Shown here: positions 19,333-29,901 of the stretch, piece after piece | Layout: every line of letters starts with the position of its first letter | How positions within the stretch are numbered: position 1 is the stretch's first letter | Assembly (NCBI GenBank): GCA_965222075.1 | Contig: OZ244937.1 | Span: 1,248,001-1,312,000 of the forward strand | Length of the DNA: 64,000 nt | From: Candidatus Latescibacterota bacterium | GTDB taxonomy: Bacteria; Latescibacterota; UBA2968; GCA-2709665 | Direction of reading: 5' to 3' | Position numbers and translations under genes: made by a program | The notes under the pieces: model-generated | Database searches by the model: none | Seen by the model: the letters and a program-made list of their open reading frames with translations, nothing else | Told to the model about the DNA's origin: nothing

Positions 19333-21456
19333 ATGTTTGAAGGGCTGAACGAGCAGCAGCAGAAAGCGGTTCACACCGTAGACGGACCGCTTCTCGTTTT
19401 GGCGGGTGCAGGATCTGGAAAGACGCGGGTGTTGACCTGCCGGATCGCCTATCTGATCGGAGCGATGGGCGTGCGTCCGGGGCAGGTCCTGGCCATGACG
19501 TTTACCAACAAGGCCGCAGGAGAGATGCGCGAGCGGGTCGAGGCCCTGCTGAACCGCTCGAGCCGGGGGATGTGGATCGGAACCTTCCACTCCCTTTGTG
19601 CCCGTATTCTCCGGATGGAGGCAGACGCGCTTGGCCTGCAGTCCAATTTTTCCATCTACGATCCGGACGATCAACTGGTCCTGTTGCGGCAGGTGATCCG
19701 GGACCAGGAGGTTTCCGACAAGCAGTTTCCTCCCAGACGGGTACGGGCGCGCATCAGCCGGGAGAAGAACCGGATGGTGGATCCTGGAATGTTTGCCCAG
19801 GAGGCAGGAACCTTTTACGAGCAGCAGGTTGCCCGAATCTACCGGCAGTACCAGGAGGCGTTGCGGCAGAACTGCGCGGTCGACTTCGACGATCTGCTGA
19901 TGCTGTCGGTTCGCCTTTTTCAGGACAATCCCGATATCCTGAAAAAATACCAGGAGCGGTTCCGGTACTGCCTGATTGATGAGTACCAGGACACCAACCG
20001 GCCGCAGTACCTGTTTGCCCACATGCTGACACAAACGCACGGCAACCTCTGCGTGGTGGGGGACGACGACCAGAGCATCTACGCCTGGCGGGGGGCCGAC
20101 CTCCGGAATATCCTGGATTTTGAGGTGGACTTTCCCAATGCCCGCGTGATCCGCTTAGAACGAAACTACCGGTCTACGTCGGTGATCCTGGGTGCGGGGA
20201 ATGCGGTGATCCGGAACAATCTGGGGCGAAAGGGGAAGGAGCTGTGGACCGACCGGACCGGGGGTGAGAAGATTCGGCTGAAGCGCTGTATGGACGAGGT
20301 CGAGGAGGCCGGGTGGATCACCGGGATGATGCGTGACCTTCAAAGGCAGTATACCTATCGGGATATGGCCGTCCTTTACCGGACCAACGCCCAGTCCCGG
20401 GCGCTTGAAGAGGGGCTGCGCAGGGCGGGCATCCCCTATGTGGTTGTGGGCGGGGTGCGCTTTTACGAGCGAAAGGAAGTCAAGGATATCCTGGCCTATC
20501 TCAGGCTGATCGTCAATCCCCGGGATTCGATCAGTCTGGGCCGGATTATCAATACGCCCAGACGGGGGATCGGAGAGGCGTCGGTGGCCAGGCTGGACGA
20601 CTTTGCTATGCGGGAGGGGATTGCGCCGTATTGGGCGCTGGAACGGCTGGATGAGATTGAGGAGGTTCCGGCCCGAACAGGGAGGGCGATGGCGGCGTTT
20701 TACGGGATGATGGAGGGGTTTCGGGACGATATGGCGGCCCTGCCGGCGGACCAGTTGGTGGCTCAGGTGGTGGACCGCACGGGATACTGGCGGGCCTTAG
20801 AGGCGTTGGGGCCGGTGGAAGCGGAGTCTCGAACCGAAAACGTAAAGGAACTCTTAGCCGCTATTCAGGACTTTACCGAACGGGCAGAAGACGCCTCCTT
20901 AGAGGCCTTCCTCCGGGAGGTCTCGCTGGTGACCGATGTGGATCAGTGGGACGAGAAGGTCTTATGCGTGACGCTGATGACGCTGCATGCCGCCAAGGGG
21001 CTGGAATTTCCCGTGGTTTTTATCGGCGGCATGGAAGAGGGGCTCTTCCCCATTTGGGGGGGGCGGGACGAGGACAGGGAGAAGGCGCTGGAAGAGGAGC
21101 GGCGGCTGTGCTATGTGGGTATTACCCGCGCCAAGGAGCGGCTTTTCCTCTCTTATGCGATGCAGCGGCGGCGCTACGGGGGTGCCTCAGGCAGCGCCGG
21201 GTCCCGTTTTCTGACGGAGATTCCAGAGGAGCTGCTCGACTTGGGATTCCACATTTCTGAGGCCGAGGCCGAACGCGACGAGGGGGGGGCGCCTTTTTCT
21301 CTGGAGGTGGGCACCTGGATTGTGCATCCGTCCTGGGGGCGTGGACAGATCCATGCGCGGTCCGGATATGGACAGGAAGCCAGGCTGACGGTCCGTTTTG
21401 GGAATGGTACGACCAAAAAGGTCGTGGTCAAATACGCCGGTCTCAAGCCTGGGTAG
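19333..21456 (+). CDS. pcrA: ATP-dependent DNA helicase PcrA/UvrD
   Basis: LAGAGSGKTRVL, DEYQDTN, VGDDDQSIY, TLHAAKGLEF, EERRLCYVGITRA, C-terminal Tudor-like domain. Confidence 0.95.
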   Translation: MFEGLNEQQQKAVHTVDGPLLVLAGAGSGKTRVLTCRIAYLIGAMGVRPGQVLAMTFTNKAAGEMRERVEALLNRSSRGMWIGTFHSLCARILRMEADALGLQSNFSIYDPDDQLVLLRQVIRDQEVSDKQFPPRRVRARISREKNRMVDPGMFAQEAGTFYEQQVARIYRQYQEALRQNCAVDFDDLLMLSVRLFQDNPDILKKYQERFRYCLIDEYQDTNRPQYLFAHMLTQTHGNLCVVGDDDQSIYAWRGADLRNILDFEVDFPNARVIRLERNYRSTSVILGAGNAVIRNNLGRKGKELWTDRTGGEKIRLKRCMDEVEEAGWITGMMRDLQRQYTYRDMAVLYRTNAQSRALEEGLRRAGIPYVVVGGVRFYERKEVKDILAYLRLIVNPRDSISLGRIINTPRRGIGEASVARLDDFAMREGIAPYWALERLDEIEEVPARTGRAMAAFYGMMEGFRDDMAALPADQLVAQVVDRTGYWRALEALGPVEAESRTENVKELLAAIQDFTERAEDASLEAFLREVSLVTDVDQWDEKVLCVTLMTLHAAKGLEFPVVFIGGMEEGLFPIWGGRDEDREKALEEERRLCYVGITRAKERLFLSYAMQRRRYGGASGSAGSRFLTEIPEELLDLGFHISEAEAERDEGGAPFSLEVGTWIVHPSWGRGQIHARSGYGQEARLTVRFGNGTTKKVVVKYAGLKPG

Positions 21457-21575
21457 GAGGGGTGCCCGGGCAAAATCCTCTTGATTTCGGGAGCGATTTG
21501 TCCCATATTATGTGGTAAGTGTTGTTCTGTACACCTTATGGCGTGATGAGGTTCTCCACGAGGTAAAACAGGGTT

Positions 21576-21863
21576 ATGCCAGTCTCGGTGGACGATGTTC
21601 GGAAGGTGGCCCAACTGGCCCGGCTGACGTTTGGTGCCCAGGAGGAACAGCGCCTGGTCGAGGAACTGAATCGGATGCTGGGATATGTGGCTTTACTGGA
21701 CGAACTCGACACAGCCGGTGTTGTTCCCACGGCCCATGTCCTTCCAATTTCCAATGTTTTTCGGGAGGACGAACCGAGGCCCTCTTTCTCCCAGGCGGAG
21801 GCGCTGGCAAATGCCCCCAGCTCGGGACACGGTCACTTTCGGGTCCCCAGGGTGATCGAATAG
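21576..21863 (+). CDS. gatC: Asp/Glu-tRNA amidotransferase subunit C
   Basis: VRKVAQLARL, FREDE, LANAP, FRVPRVIE. Confidence 0.93.
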   Translation: MPVSVDDVRKVAQLARLTFGAQEEQRLVEELNRMLGYVALLDELDTAGVVPTAHVLPISNVFREDEPRPSFSQAEALANAPSSGHGHFRVPRVIE

Positions 21864-21953
21864 GACCGATGTCGGCGGTGGTTACTACGGAATCACCGCC
21901 GATTTTTTGGTTTGCGTATTGAATTTTTCGAGACGACGTGTGGAGGCGATATT

Positions 21954-23744
21954 GTGAAAAAGGACTATCAGGGCCCCAAGTACATTGTGGTTACCGGAGG
22001 TGTGATCAGCGGTGTGGGCAAGGGGTTGGCAACAGCGTCGATCGGCAAAATCCTGCAGCAGTACGGCTACAAGACAACGGCGATCAAGATCGATCCTTAT
22101 CTGAACTACGATGCGGGCACCCTGCGGCCCACCGAGCACGGGGAGGTATGGGTGACCGACGACGGGGGCGAGATCGATCTGGACCTGGGCAACTACGAAC
22201 GTCTTCTGGGGATCGACCTGCCCCGTATGAACAATCTGACCACGGGGCAGATCTATCACACGGTGATCGAGCGGGAGCGGCGGGGGGAGTACCTCGGCCA
22301 GACCGTTCAGCCCATTCCCCACATCACCGACGAGATCAAAGGGCGTGTGACCGAAGCAGCGAAAGGGGTCGACATCGCGCTGGTGGAGGTGGGGGGGACG
22401 ATCGGCGACTATGAAAACATGCCGTTTCTCTTTGCGATGAAGGGCTTGGAACGGGAAGTCGGCGGAGAGAACATGGTTTATGTGCTGGTCAGCTATCTTC
22501 CGGTTCCCGGACATATTCCGGAGATGAAGACAAAGCCGACCCAGCATGCCATCAAGCTGTTGACCGAGCACGGGATATTTCCCGATTTTGTCGTCTGCCG
22601 GGCTGTGGATTCCTTAGACGATGTGCGCAAGAAAAAGATCGAGGTCTCTGCCAACATCCCGGCAGACCGAATTATTTCCGCGCCCGATGTGGATAGCCTC
22701 TACCAGGTGCCGCTGGATTATGAGAAGGAGAACCTGGGGCTCAAGATCTTGGATCAACTCAACCTGGTCTCCAAGGAGGAGCCAGACTGGGACTTCTGGG
22801 TGAAGCTTGTGGATCGGGTTCGTCATCCTTCCAGGCGCGTTCGGGTGGCCATGGTCGGCAAATACGTGGAGATCGGGGAGTACGAGCTGACCGATTCTTA
22901 TATCTCGGTCAACCAGTCCCTCGAACACGCGGGGGCTTCCTTGGGTACGGAGGTCGAGATCTCCTGGATCGATTCTCGGCGGTTGGAGCAGTGCTGTGCA
23001 GGGGAGATTTTGGCGGCGTTCGACGGGATTATTGTGCCGGGGGCCTTCGGGGAGGGCGGGGCGGAGGGGGTGATTCAGGCCATTCGGTATGTCCGGGAGA
23101 ACGGTGTGCCCTTCCTGGGGCTGTGTTATGGACTTCAGATGGCTGTTGTGGAATATGCCCGCCACGTGGCCGGTTTGCATGAGGCCAATTCGGCTGAAAA
23201 CGACTTAGACACCCCCCATGCGGTTATCGATATCCAGTACAGCCAGCGGGAGATCGTTGAAGAGGGCCAGTTTGGGGGGACGATGCGGCTGGGGGGCTAC
23301 GCCGCCGTGCTCAGGCGGGACAGCTTCACGCTGGAGCTTTACGAACGGACCGGACGCCTTGAAGAGGATGCCTGGCGGATCGAACAGATCAGGCAAAGAC
23401 CGAACGAAGCTTTTCGCATGGGGGTGATTCTGGACAGCGAGCGGGCTGTAATTGAACGGCACCGGCACCGATATGAGATTTCGCCCAAGTATGTGGACCT
23501 GTTAGAGGAGTACGGGCTGGTCTTTTCGGGGTTCCACAGGCGTGAAGACGGTACCAAGCTGATGGAGTTCATCGAACTGCCCGATCATACCTTTTTCTTA
23601 GCGACGCAGGCGCATCCGGAATTTAAATCGCGTTTGGAGCAGCCGGCTCCTCTCTTTTACGGGTTTATTGAGGCCGCTGTGGCCCGTTCGAAGCATACCT
23701 CCAGCCGGCTGCTGCCCGGGGTACAGGCTGAGGTTGAGGCATGA
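21954..23744 (+). CDS. pyrG: CTP synthase
   Basis: VTGGVISGVGKG, EVGGTIGD, KTKPTQH, GLCYGLQ, ERHRHRYE, QAHPEF. Confidence 0.95.
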   Translation: MKKDYQGPKYIVVTGGVISGVGKGLATASIGKILQQYGYKTTAIKIDPYLNYDAGTLRPTEHGEVWVTDDGGEIDLDLGNYERLLGIDLPRMNNLTTGQIYHTVIERERRGEYLGQTVQPIPHITDEIKGRVTEAAKGVDIALVEVGGTIGDYENMPFLFAMKGLEREVGGENMVYVLVSYLPVPGHIPEMKTKPTQHAIKLLTEHGIFPDFVVCRAVDSLDDVRKKKIEVSANIPADRIISAPDVDSLYQVPLDYEKENLGLKILDQLNLVSKEEPDWDFWVKLVDRVRHPSRRVRVAMVGKYVEIGEYELTDSYISVNQSLEHAGASLGTEVEISWIDSRRLEQCCAGEILAAFDGIIVPGAFGEGGAEGVIQAIRYVRENGVPFLGLCYGLQMAVVEYARHVAGLHEANSAENDLDTPHAVIDIQYSQREIVEEGQFGGTMRLGGYAAVLRRDSFTLELYERTGRLEEDAWRIEQIRQRPNEAFRMGVILDSERAVIERHRHRYEISPKYVDLLEEYGLVFSGFHRREDGTKLMEFIELPDHTFFLATQAHPEFKSRLEQPAPLFYGFIEAAVARSKHTSSRLLPGVQAEVEA

Positions 23745-24286
23745 GCCAATGGACGCTTATCCTGATTCTGGGGATAAGCGGTCTGGGCTGCACCGAGGTC
23801 GAGCATCCTCCAGCCCACCCCGAGTCCTCCAAATCCCGTCCGGACCAGGAGATCTGGGGGTGGACCGCGGCGTTGACCCGGGGGGGGCGCAGGCGGGCCG
23901 TGGTGAGGGCGGGCCATTTTCAAAAGTACGATCGTTCCCCAAAGATGGAGTTGGATGAGGGGGTAACGGTCATTTTTTACGATTCCTCTGGAAAGGTGCG
24001 GGTATCGCGATTGACGGCTCAGCGGGCCGAGATTGACGATAAAACCAACGATATGGTGGTATTCGGTCATGTTGTGCTCCTGGCCGAGGACAGCACCCGA
24101 CTGGAAACCGACACCCTGAAATGGTCCCGGCAGAGCGGGGGGATTAACGGTGAAGGCAGGGTGACCGTTTACCGCCCCGACGGTGTGGAGACGGGGGTGG
24201 GGTTTGAAGCCTCGTCCGATCTGAAGCGCTGGACCATGCGCCAGGTGATTACCCGTCTGGGTCAGCCCGATTCCCTCCGGCCCTGA
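23741..24286 (+). CDS. lptC: LPS export protein LptC
   Basis: Lipoprotein-like N-terminus, PDQE, LETDTLKW, G.GFEASSDL; position before lptA/lptB. Confidence 0.8.
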   Translation: MSQWTLILILGISGLGCTEVEHPPAHPESSKSRPDQEIWGWTAALTRGGRRRAVVRAGHFQKYDRSPKMELDEGVTVIFYDSSGKVRVSRLTAQRAEIDDKTNDMVVFGHVVLLAEDSTRLETDTLKWSRQSGGINGEGRVTVYRPDGVETGVGFEASSDLKRWTMRQVITRLGQPDSLRP

Positions 24287-24317
24287 TCTTTCCTCTCTGT
24301 TTCCTCCTTTCCTGCCT

Positions 24318-25649
24318 ATGACTCCCTTTGTATTGGGTGTGGCACTTGTCCTGGGTGCCCTGTGCCGACCCCTCTTTGCTGCCGAAGAAATCCGGGCCGA
24401 ACGGACCGAGACCATCCGCACGGCGGACGGCGTCCTCCGAATCTCTGTGGGAAGGGTATCCATGCAAGACTGGGCCCGGGGGGTTGCCATTTCGGCCGAT
24501 TCGGCACGCGCCTGGTTTCCAACCAACACGAATCTTGTGGAAAAATACCTGTTTTTTGGGCATGTCTTCCTGAAAGACTCCGTCCGGCAGGTTCGTTCTG
24601 CTGCCCTTGAGTACGACCCCAGAGAGGAAGTGGCGATTTTTACAGGCCGTGTGGAGGCCGTGGATGAAGGCCGCATCCTCACGGCCCGGAAAATGGTCTA
24701 TCCCTTGAAGAAAGGCCTCTTAGACGCCCATGGCGCCGTTGGGCTGGTCTATCCCAATCAGGGGGTGTCGGTGCAGGCAGAGGCGCTCCGATACGAGGCG
24801 GCGGGGGATTCGGGCGAGGCGGTGGGCGGCGCAGGTGCGGTGTGGGTGCCGGATCCGGATGGCGATACGCTACGGGTTCGTGCAGATACCCTCCGGTTTT
24901 ATGAGCAGGGGGAGCGCATGCGGTTTGTGGGGGGGGTACAGATCGTGCAGGCGGGAATGCGCGCCGGTTCCCAAACCGCCTGTTATTTGAAACAGGAGGG
25001 GCGGCTGGAGCTGGAAGGCGCCCCAGAGGCGACCTGGACACAGCAGGGAGACCCGGCCCGGGATTCGGTTGACATTCGGGCGGATCGGATGCTGCTTGGG
25101 CTGGAGGGGGGGCGCCTGAGCAGGATACTGCTTTATCAGAGGGCCGAGATCCGTATGGAAGCACCACAAGATCGTGCGGTGGAAACCCGCTTGATTCGAG
25201 CCGATACCGCTGTGGTAGGGCTAAGCGGAGACCGTCTGGAAGAGATTAAGGCCCGGGGGGGGGTTGAGGCCTTGTTCCGGTCGGGTGAGGGGGCAAAGAC
25301 GGACCTTTCGGGGGATAAAATCCAGATGGCCTTTGAAGAAGGACAACTGGACAGCCTGATGCTGGAAGGCAAGCAGGTCGCAACCTACGTTCCGGCGGAC
25401 GGGATGGCGGTGAGCCGTCTCTCCGGCGGGCGGATCGTCATCCGATTCCAGGACGGAGAGATCCGGCACATCCGGGCCGATCAGGAGGCTGTGTGCGAAC
25501 ATACGTCGCTGGAGGAGGGGGAGGAGAGGATCCGTTTGACCGGAGACCGGGTGGAGCTGGACTTTGAGGAAGGTCACCTGCAAAGGGTGCGATCGGCAGG
25601 CGGGGTGAGGGGAAGTTATACGCCTGCGAAGCAGGAGGTGCCGCCGTGA
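24318..25649 (+). CDS. LptA/OstA-like beta-jellyroll protein (long, multi-repeat)
   Basis: Signal peptide, repeated beta-strand-rich OstA-type units, between lptC and lptB. Confidence 0.7.
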   Translation: MTPFVLGVALVLGALCRPLFAAEEIRAERTETIRTADGVLRISVGRVSMQDWARGVAISADSARAWFPTNTNLVEKYLFFGHVFLKDSVRQVRSAALEYDPREEVAIFTGRVEAVDEGRILTARKMVYPLKKGLLDAHGAVGLVYPNQGVSVQAEALRYEAAGDSGEAVGGAGAVWVPDPDGDTLRVRADTLRFYEQGERMRFVGGVQIVQAGMRAGSQTACYLKQEGRLELEGAPEATWTQQGDPARDSVDIRADRMLLGLEGGRLSRILLYQRAEIRMEAPQDRAVETRLIRADTAVVGLSGDRLEEIKARGGVEALFRSGEGAKTDLSGDKIQMAFEEGQLDSLMLEGKQVATYVPADGMAVSRLSGGRIVIRFQDGEIRHIRADQEAVCEHTSLEEGEERIRLTGDRVELDFEEGHLQRVRSAGGVRGSYTPAKQEVPP

Positions 25650-26368
25650 TTCTGCGCGCGGAAGGCCTGGTCAAACAGTACAGGCACAGGCGGGTGGTCA
25701 ACGACGTGAGTTTAGAGGTGAAGGCGGGGGAGGTCGTCGGGTTGCTGGGCCCCAATGGGGCGGGGAAGACCACGACCTTTTATCTGATCGTTGGCCTGAT
25801 CGTTCCGCAAGAGGGGCATATCTTCATGGGAGACATGGAGGTCACCGCTTTGCCGATGTACGTCCGGGCGCGCAGGGGCATTGGGTATCTGTCGCAGGAG
25901 CCCTCGGTATTCCGCAAGCTGACGGTTTGGCAAAATGTCCTGGCCGTCCTGCAGACCTTAAATATTCCCCATGCAGAACGGGAGGACCGAGCCGGGGTGC
26001 TCCTGGATGAATTGGGGCTTGCCGATCTGGCAGAACAGCGGGCAGATCGGCTCTCCGGGGGAGAGGCCCGCCGGTTGGAGATCAGCCGGGCACTGGCCCG
26101 AGAGCCCAAATTCATGCTCTTAGACGAACCTTTTGCCGGGATCGATCCCAGGACCGTAGAGGATATCCAGGGCATTATCTCGGATCTGCAGCGGCGGCAG
26201 ATCGGGCTGTTGATTACCGACCACAACGTTCGGGAGACCCTGGCGATTACCGACTGTTCCTACATCCTTTCCGGGGGCCGCATTCTGGCATCGGGTACGC
26301 CCCGGGTCCTGGCGGAAGATCCCGAGGTGAGACGAATCTACCTGGGAGACCGGTTCCGGCTCGATTGA
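25646..26368 (+). CDS. lptB: LPS export ABC ATPase LptB
   Basis: [47 protein letters not shown]. Confidence 0.95.
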   Translation: MILRAEGLVKQYRHRRVVNDVSLEVKAGEVVGLLGPNGAGKTTTFYLIVGLIVPQEGHIFMGDMEVTALPMYVRARRGIGYLSQEPSVFRKLTVWQNVLAVLQTLNIPHAEREDRAGVLLDELGLADLAEQRADRLSGGEARRLEISRALAREPKFMLLDEPFAGIDPRTVEDIQGIISDLQRRQIGLLITDHNVRETLAITDCSYILSGGRILASGTPRVLAEDPEVRRIYLGDRFRLD

Positions 26369-26482
26369 GGCGTAAGAAAAGAATATTATAGGGTTGCTTT
26401 TTTTATTATTTTCAGGTAAGCGCATACGTTGGTACGGATTTTGAATGTTCAGCTTTGACACTTTGACCTTGTGTAGACGGCC

Positions 26483-27934
26483 ATGATTCGTCTGACTCAG
26501 ACCACGTCCCTCCAGCAAAAGATGGCGCCGCAGTTGATTCACTCCCTGCGGTTGCTTCAGATGCCGACCTTAGAGCTGGGGCAGATTATCCAGCAGGAAC
26601 TGGAGATCAATCCTCTCTTAGAAATCGTAGAGGAGATGGATCAGGAGGAGGAGGAACCGGAGGAGGAGGAACCGGAGGGGGAGGACGAGGAGGGGGAGGA
26701 CGAGCTGGAACTGGATGAACTTGAGTTTGACGATGCGGATCTGGACGATGGGCAGTTCGATGGGGAAGACTGGAACGATTATCTCAATGATTCGGGGTAC
26801 AGCAGCCCCCCCGGAGAATACGATCCGAATGTGGAGGACTGGCAGAACGACGGAATGAGCCAGAGGTCTTTAGAAGAGGACCTGCTGGAGCAGTTGTTGT
26901 TGACCGACCTTTCCAGTGAAGACCGGATCATTGGGGAGTACATCATCGGGAATATAGACGAGGACGGTTTTCTCCGCAGCAATGTTGAGGATATTGCCAA
27001 TGTTTTGGGTGTTGACTCTGAGGACGTAGAGCGGGTGTTGCGGGTAGTGCAGACGTTCGATCCACCGGGGGTAGGCGCCTGGGATCTGCGCGAATGTCTG
27101 ATGATACAGCTTAAAGAGCAGGGCCTGGAAGATTCTTTAGCCATGGTGGTGGTTCGGGACTATCTGGACGACCTGATCAATCGGCGGTACAGTAAAATTT
27201 GTCGGGCGCTTGGGGTGGAGAAGGATGAAATTGGTGAGGCGGAGGAGGTTATTTCGGGGTTAAATCCCAAGCCGATGGTTTATCGCGAAGCGAGGATTAA
27301 TCACAATCTGGTGATACCCGATCTGGAAGTCCAGAAGGTGGGGGAGGAATATATCGTTTCTCTGACGGATCGGAATGTCCCTTCCCTGCGGGTCAGCCCG
27401 ATCTACCGCACGCTGCTCAGTCAGTCTGAAAAGGCCGGCCGGGAGGCCAAAAAATTCGTGGTGGATCGTCTCAATTCCGCCCGGTGGTTCATCAGTGCCA
27501 TTCATCAACGACGCACGACCATGCTCAAAGTGATGCGGTGTATCGTGGAAAACCAACGGGTGTTTTTTGATCAAGGCCCCGGCCATCTCAAGCCGATGGT
27601 CCTGCAAGAGGTGGCCGACAGGGTCAGCATGCACGTCTCTACAATCAGCCGGGTCAGCAATGGGAAATATGTACAGACCCCTCACGGGGTTTTTGAGTTG
27701 AAGTACTTCTTTGACGGGGGGTTGAGCCGGGAGGATGGGGAAGATATTTCGGCGAAAAGCGTCAAAGAGAAAATTGCCAATCTGATTCAGGAGGAAAATC
27801 CTCAAACGCCTTTAAGCGACCAGCGAATTGCCAATATTCTTAAGAAAGAAGGCATCGAGATCGCCCGAAGAACCGTGGCCAAGTACCGGGACCAGATGAA
27901 GATCAATCCGGCGCGTTACCGAAAGGCGATTTGA
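26483..27934 (+). CDS. rpoN: RNA polymerase sigma-54 factor
   Basis: Region I LRLLQMPTLEL, acidic region II, MHVSTISR, RpoN box ARRTVAKYR. Confidence 0.96.
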   Translation: MIRLTQTTSLQQKMAPQLIHSLRLLQMPTLELGQIIQQELEINPLLEIVEEMDQEEEEPEEEEPEGEDEEGEDELELDELEFDDADLDDGQFDGEDWNDYLNDSGYSSPPGEYDPNVEDWQNDGMSQRSLEEDLLEQLLLTDLSSEDRIIGEYIIGNIDEDGFLRSNVEDIANVLGVDSEDVERVLRVVQTFDPPGVGAWDLRECLMIQLKEQGLEDSLAMVVVRDYLDDLINRRYSKICRALGVEKDEIGEAEEVISGLNPKPMVYREARINHNLVIPDLEVQKVGEEYIVSLTDRNVPSLRVSPIYRTLLSQSEKAGREAKKFVVDRLNSARWFISAIHQRRTTMLKVMRCIVENQRVFFDQGPGHLKPMVLQEVADRVSMHVSTISRVSNGKYVQTPHGVFELKYFFDGGLSREDGEDISAKSVKEKIANLIQEENPQTPLSDQRIANILKKEGIEIARRTVAKYRDQMKINPARYRKAI

Positions 27935-27975
27935 ACCCCGTGAGATAGTTTTCGCAGATTTTCCGACGCGAACAA

Positions 27976-28758
27976 TCACTCGGATTGCACGGTGCTGATT
28001 TCGTCTTTGGAGATCTTGTGGACGCTTTTGGGGTTAAAGGTCTGTTGCGTTTCCACCCTCAGGGCCACTTCGATCCTTCCCCCGGTCAGGACGAAGAACT
28101 GGAGGAGAAATCCGCCGCCCTGCATCGATTCGACCTGATACTGGTCACCTTCCAGACCGCCGACCCAGGCAGGGAGTCGGTCGGAAAACCCGGGGTGGTC
28201 AATCACCTCCTGGGGCAGGGCCATAATCAGCGTGCCCGGCTCATTTCCGATGGTCTCTCCAATCTGTTTGCGGGTTTGGACCATAAATGGAATGACGCGG
28301 TCTGCATACTCAAAATCGTCTGAACCGGCGCGGTCTGGGGGAACAACACCCCAGGTCATGTGGTGAATGAAGGGGTTTCCATACCCCTGGCTTAGCATGT
28401 GTTCGCGTGCCCCTTCATCCACAGGATACACAACGGCGACGTAGTCGAACCAGCCCCTGCTTCGAGACGGGCTGTTGGCCGGTAAGCCCGAGGGCACATT
28501 GATGTAGTCGTGGCCGTCTACGGGTGAGGGATAGCATCGGGTATCCCAGCCGGCAATGTAGCCAAGCCGTTTCAGGGGGCCGGCCAGGAGGTGGGGGGGG
28601 TCGGCAAAGATGGCGGCATGGTCGGGATTGGACAGCAGTTGAACGCCTGCCGCCATGATTTTTTCGGCGACTTCGAGGGCTTCGTTGAGCCGCTCGGGCG
28701 CATTGGGAATGTTGAGGTGTGCTTGAAAATCGTCCGGTAAAACGACTGGCTGTCCCAT
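27976..28758 (-). CDS. Hypothetical protein, possible VOC-fold non-heme iron enzyme
   Basis: GAGGAG SD; motifs PDHAA, FIHHMTW, LLQFF, RIEVALR. Confidence 0.6.
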   Translation of the reverse strand: MGQPVVLPDDFQAHLNIPNAPERLNEALEVAEKIMAAGVQLLSNPDHAAIFADPPHLLAGPLKRLGYIAGWDTRCYPSPVDGHDYINVPSGLPANSPSRSRGWFDYVAVVYPVDEGAREHMLSQGYGNPFIHHMTWGVVPPDRAGSDDFEYADRVIPFMVQTRKQIGETIGNEPGTLIMALPQEVIDHPGFSDRLPAWVGGLEGDQYQVESMQGGGFLLQFFVLTGGRIEVALRVETQQTFNPKSVHKISKDEISTVQSE

Positions 28759-28869
28759 AAGTCTCTCCTCGTATTTTTTCCAGGTCGTGGCGTCGCCAGG
28801 GTGTCATAACAGGAATGTACATTTCAGACGGGGTGTCAAGCAGAATCAGTGGAGGTCAGAGATGGATGG

Positions 28870-28901
28870 AGGCCCCGGCGGTGGTTCGGTCGGGGCCTTT
28901 T
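28870..28901 (+). terminator. Intrinsic terminator-like hairpin at the left edge of the island
   Basis: GGCCCCGGC..GTCGGGGCC followed by TTTT. Confidence 0.55.
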
Positions 28902-28951
28902 CTATGCTTTTTTTGCACGAGAGAGCGCTTACCGGGGCCAGGCATCGCTTA

Positions 28952-29080
28952 ACTGAATTTTTTACAATTGGTTAGTTCTATTATGAAATCCTGTACACCC
29001 AAATGAATTGACCACAAGAGCCAACTTTCATATATTTTTTCACGGTGTTTCTTTGTCTTCCTTAGCCTGAAAAATTCAGT
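28952..29080. repeat. 11-bp inverted repeat enclosing an AT-rich segment with a sigma70 promoter
   Basis: ACTGAATTTTT (28952-28962) / AAAAATTCAGT (29070-29080); internal TTGACC-17-TATATT at 29008-29036. Confidence 0.6.
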
Positions 29081-29095
29081 GCGAGGATCGGTGCG

Positions 29096-29859
29096 ATGAA
29101 ACGTTCGGAACTTCTTGAACTGATAGCCGGGGGCGAGAACTCCGGCGTGGAGTTCAAGCGGGATGACCTGCGCCCGGAGCAACTCGCGAGGGAAGTGGTG
29201 GCGCTCGCCAACTTTCAGGGGGGCCGCGTCCTTCTCGGAGTGGAAGACGACGGTGCCATCACCGGCATACGGAGAGACCATATCGAACGTTGGGTGATGG
29301 ATTCCGTGTTCGGGCGCGTGGTGCATCCAATGATACTGCCGTTCTACGAGGAAGTTCGGATAGACGATGCACGCCGCGTCGCGGTCATCACCGTTACGCA
29401 AGGTGCTACCAAACCCTACGTCGTCCGGCATCGCGGCAGGGAAGACATCTACATACGGGTCGGCAGCACGTCTCGGCTGGCCTCGCGCGAGCAGCTTTTC
29501 GCTGCCGGCGGGTTGATTCACACGGAACGATTGCCCGTTTCCGGCAGCAGCCTTCGCGATTTGAGCAGGGAACGGCTGGCGGACTACCTCACGGCCATCG
29601 TCGGTGATCGAGATGCACCGGAGACCGACGAGGCATGGTCGCCGGCCAGCGCATTCCCCGCAATTTGCTCATCTCCGAGACGTTGCGGGACTACAGCTAT
29701 TCCGATGCACGCGGCATGGGGGTGCGGAACAAGATCATTCCGTTGATGCGGGCGCAAAACGGCGTTGACCCGGAGTTCAAGGCGACGGAGGACTACTTGC
29801 GGTTGACGCTGCGCAGAGGCTCGCCGAAGCGTTCAGCGCGAAGGTTGAGGGGCATTTGA
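29096..29859 (+). pseudogene. AlbA_2 + RecG-C (HATPase_c_4) transcriptional regulator, internally deleted and frameshifted
   Basis: GENSGVEFK..ALANFQGG AlbA_2 domain, then a jump near 29637 into another frame giving PRNLLI..ARGMGV from the C-terminal part. Confidence 0.75.
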
Positions 29860-29870
29860 AGAAGATGGGC
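29826..29870 (+). repeat. Diverged copy of the hsdM 3' end
   Basis: Encodes FSAKVEGHLKKMG versus HsdM FSTRVEGHLKKMG at 32709-32747; 31/39 nt identical by hand count. Confidence 0.85.
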
Positions 29871-29901
29871 TATCACTATAAGCAAACGAAGGAGGAATAA
29901 C

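Noticed and set aside
26640-26770. GAG-rich tandem repeats
   Set aside because: They encode the acidic region II of sigma-54.
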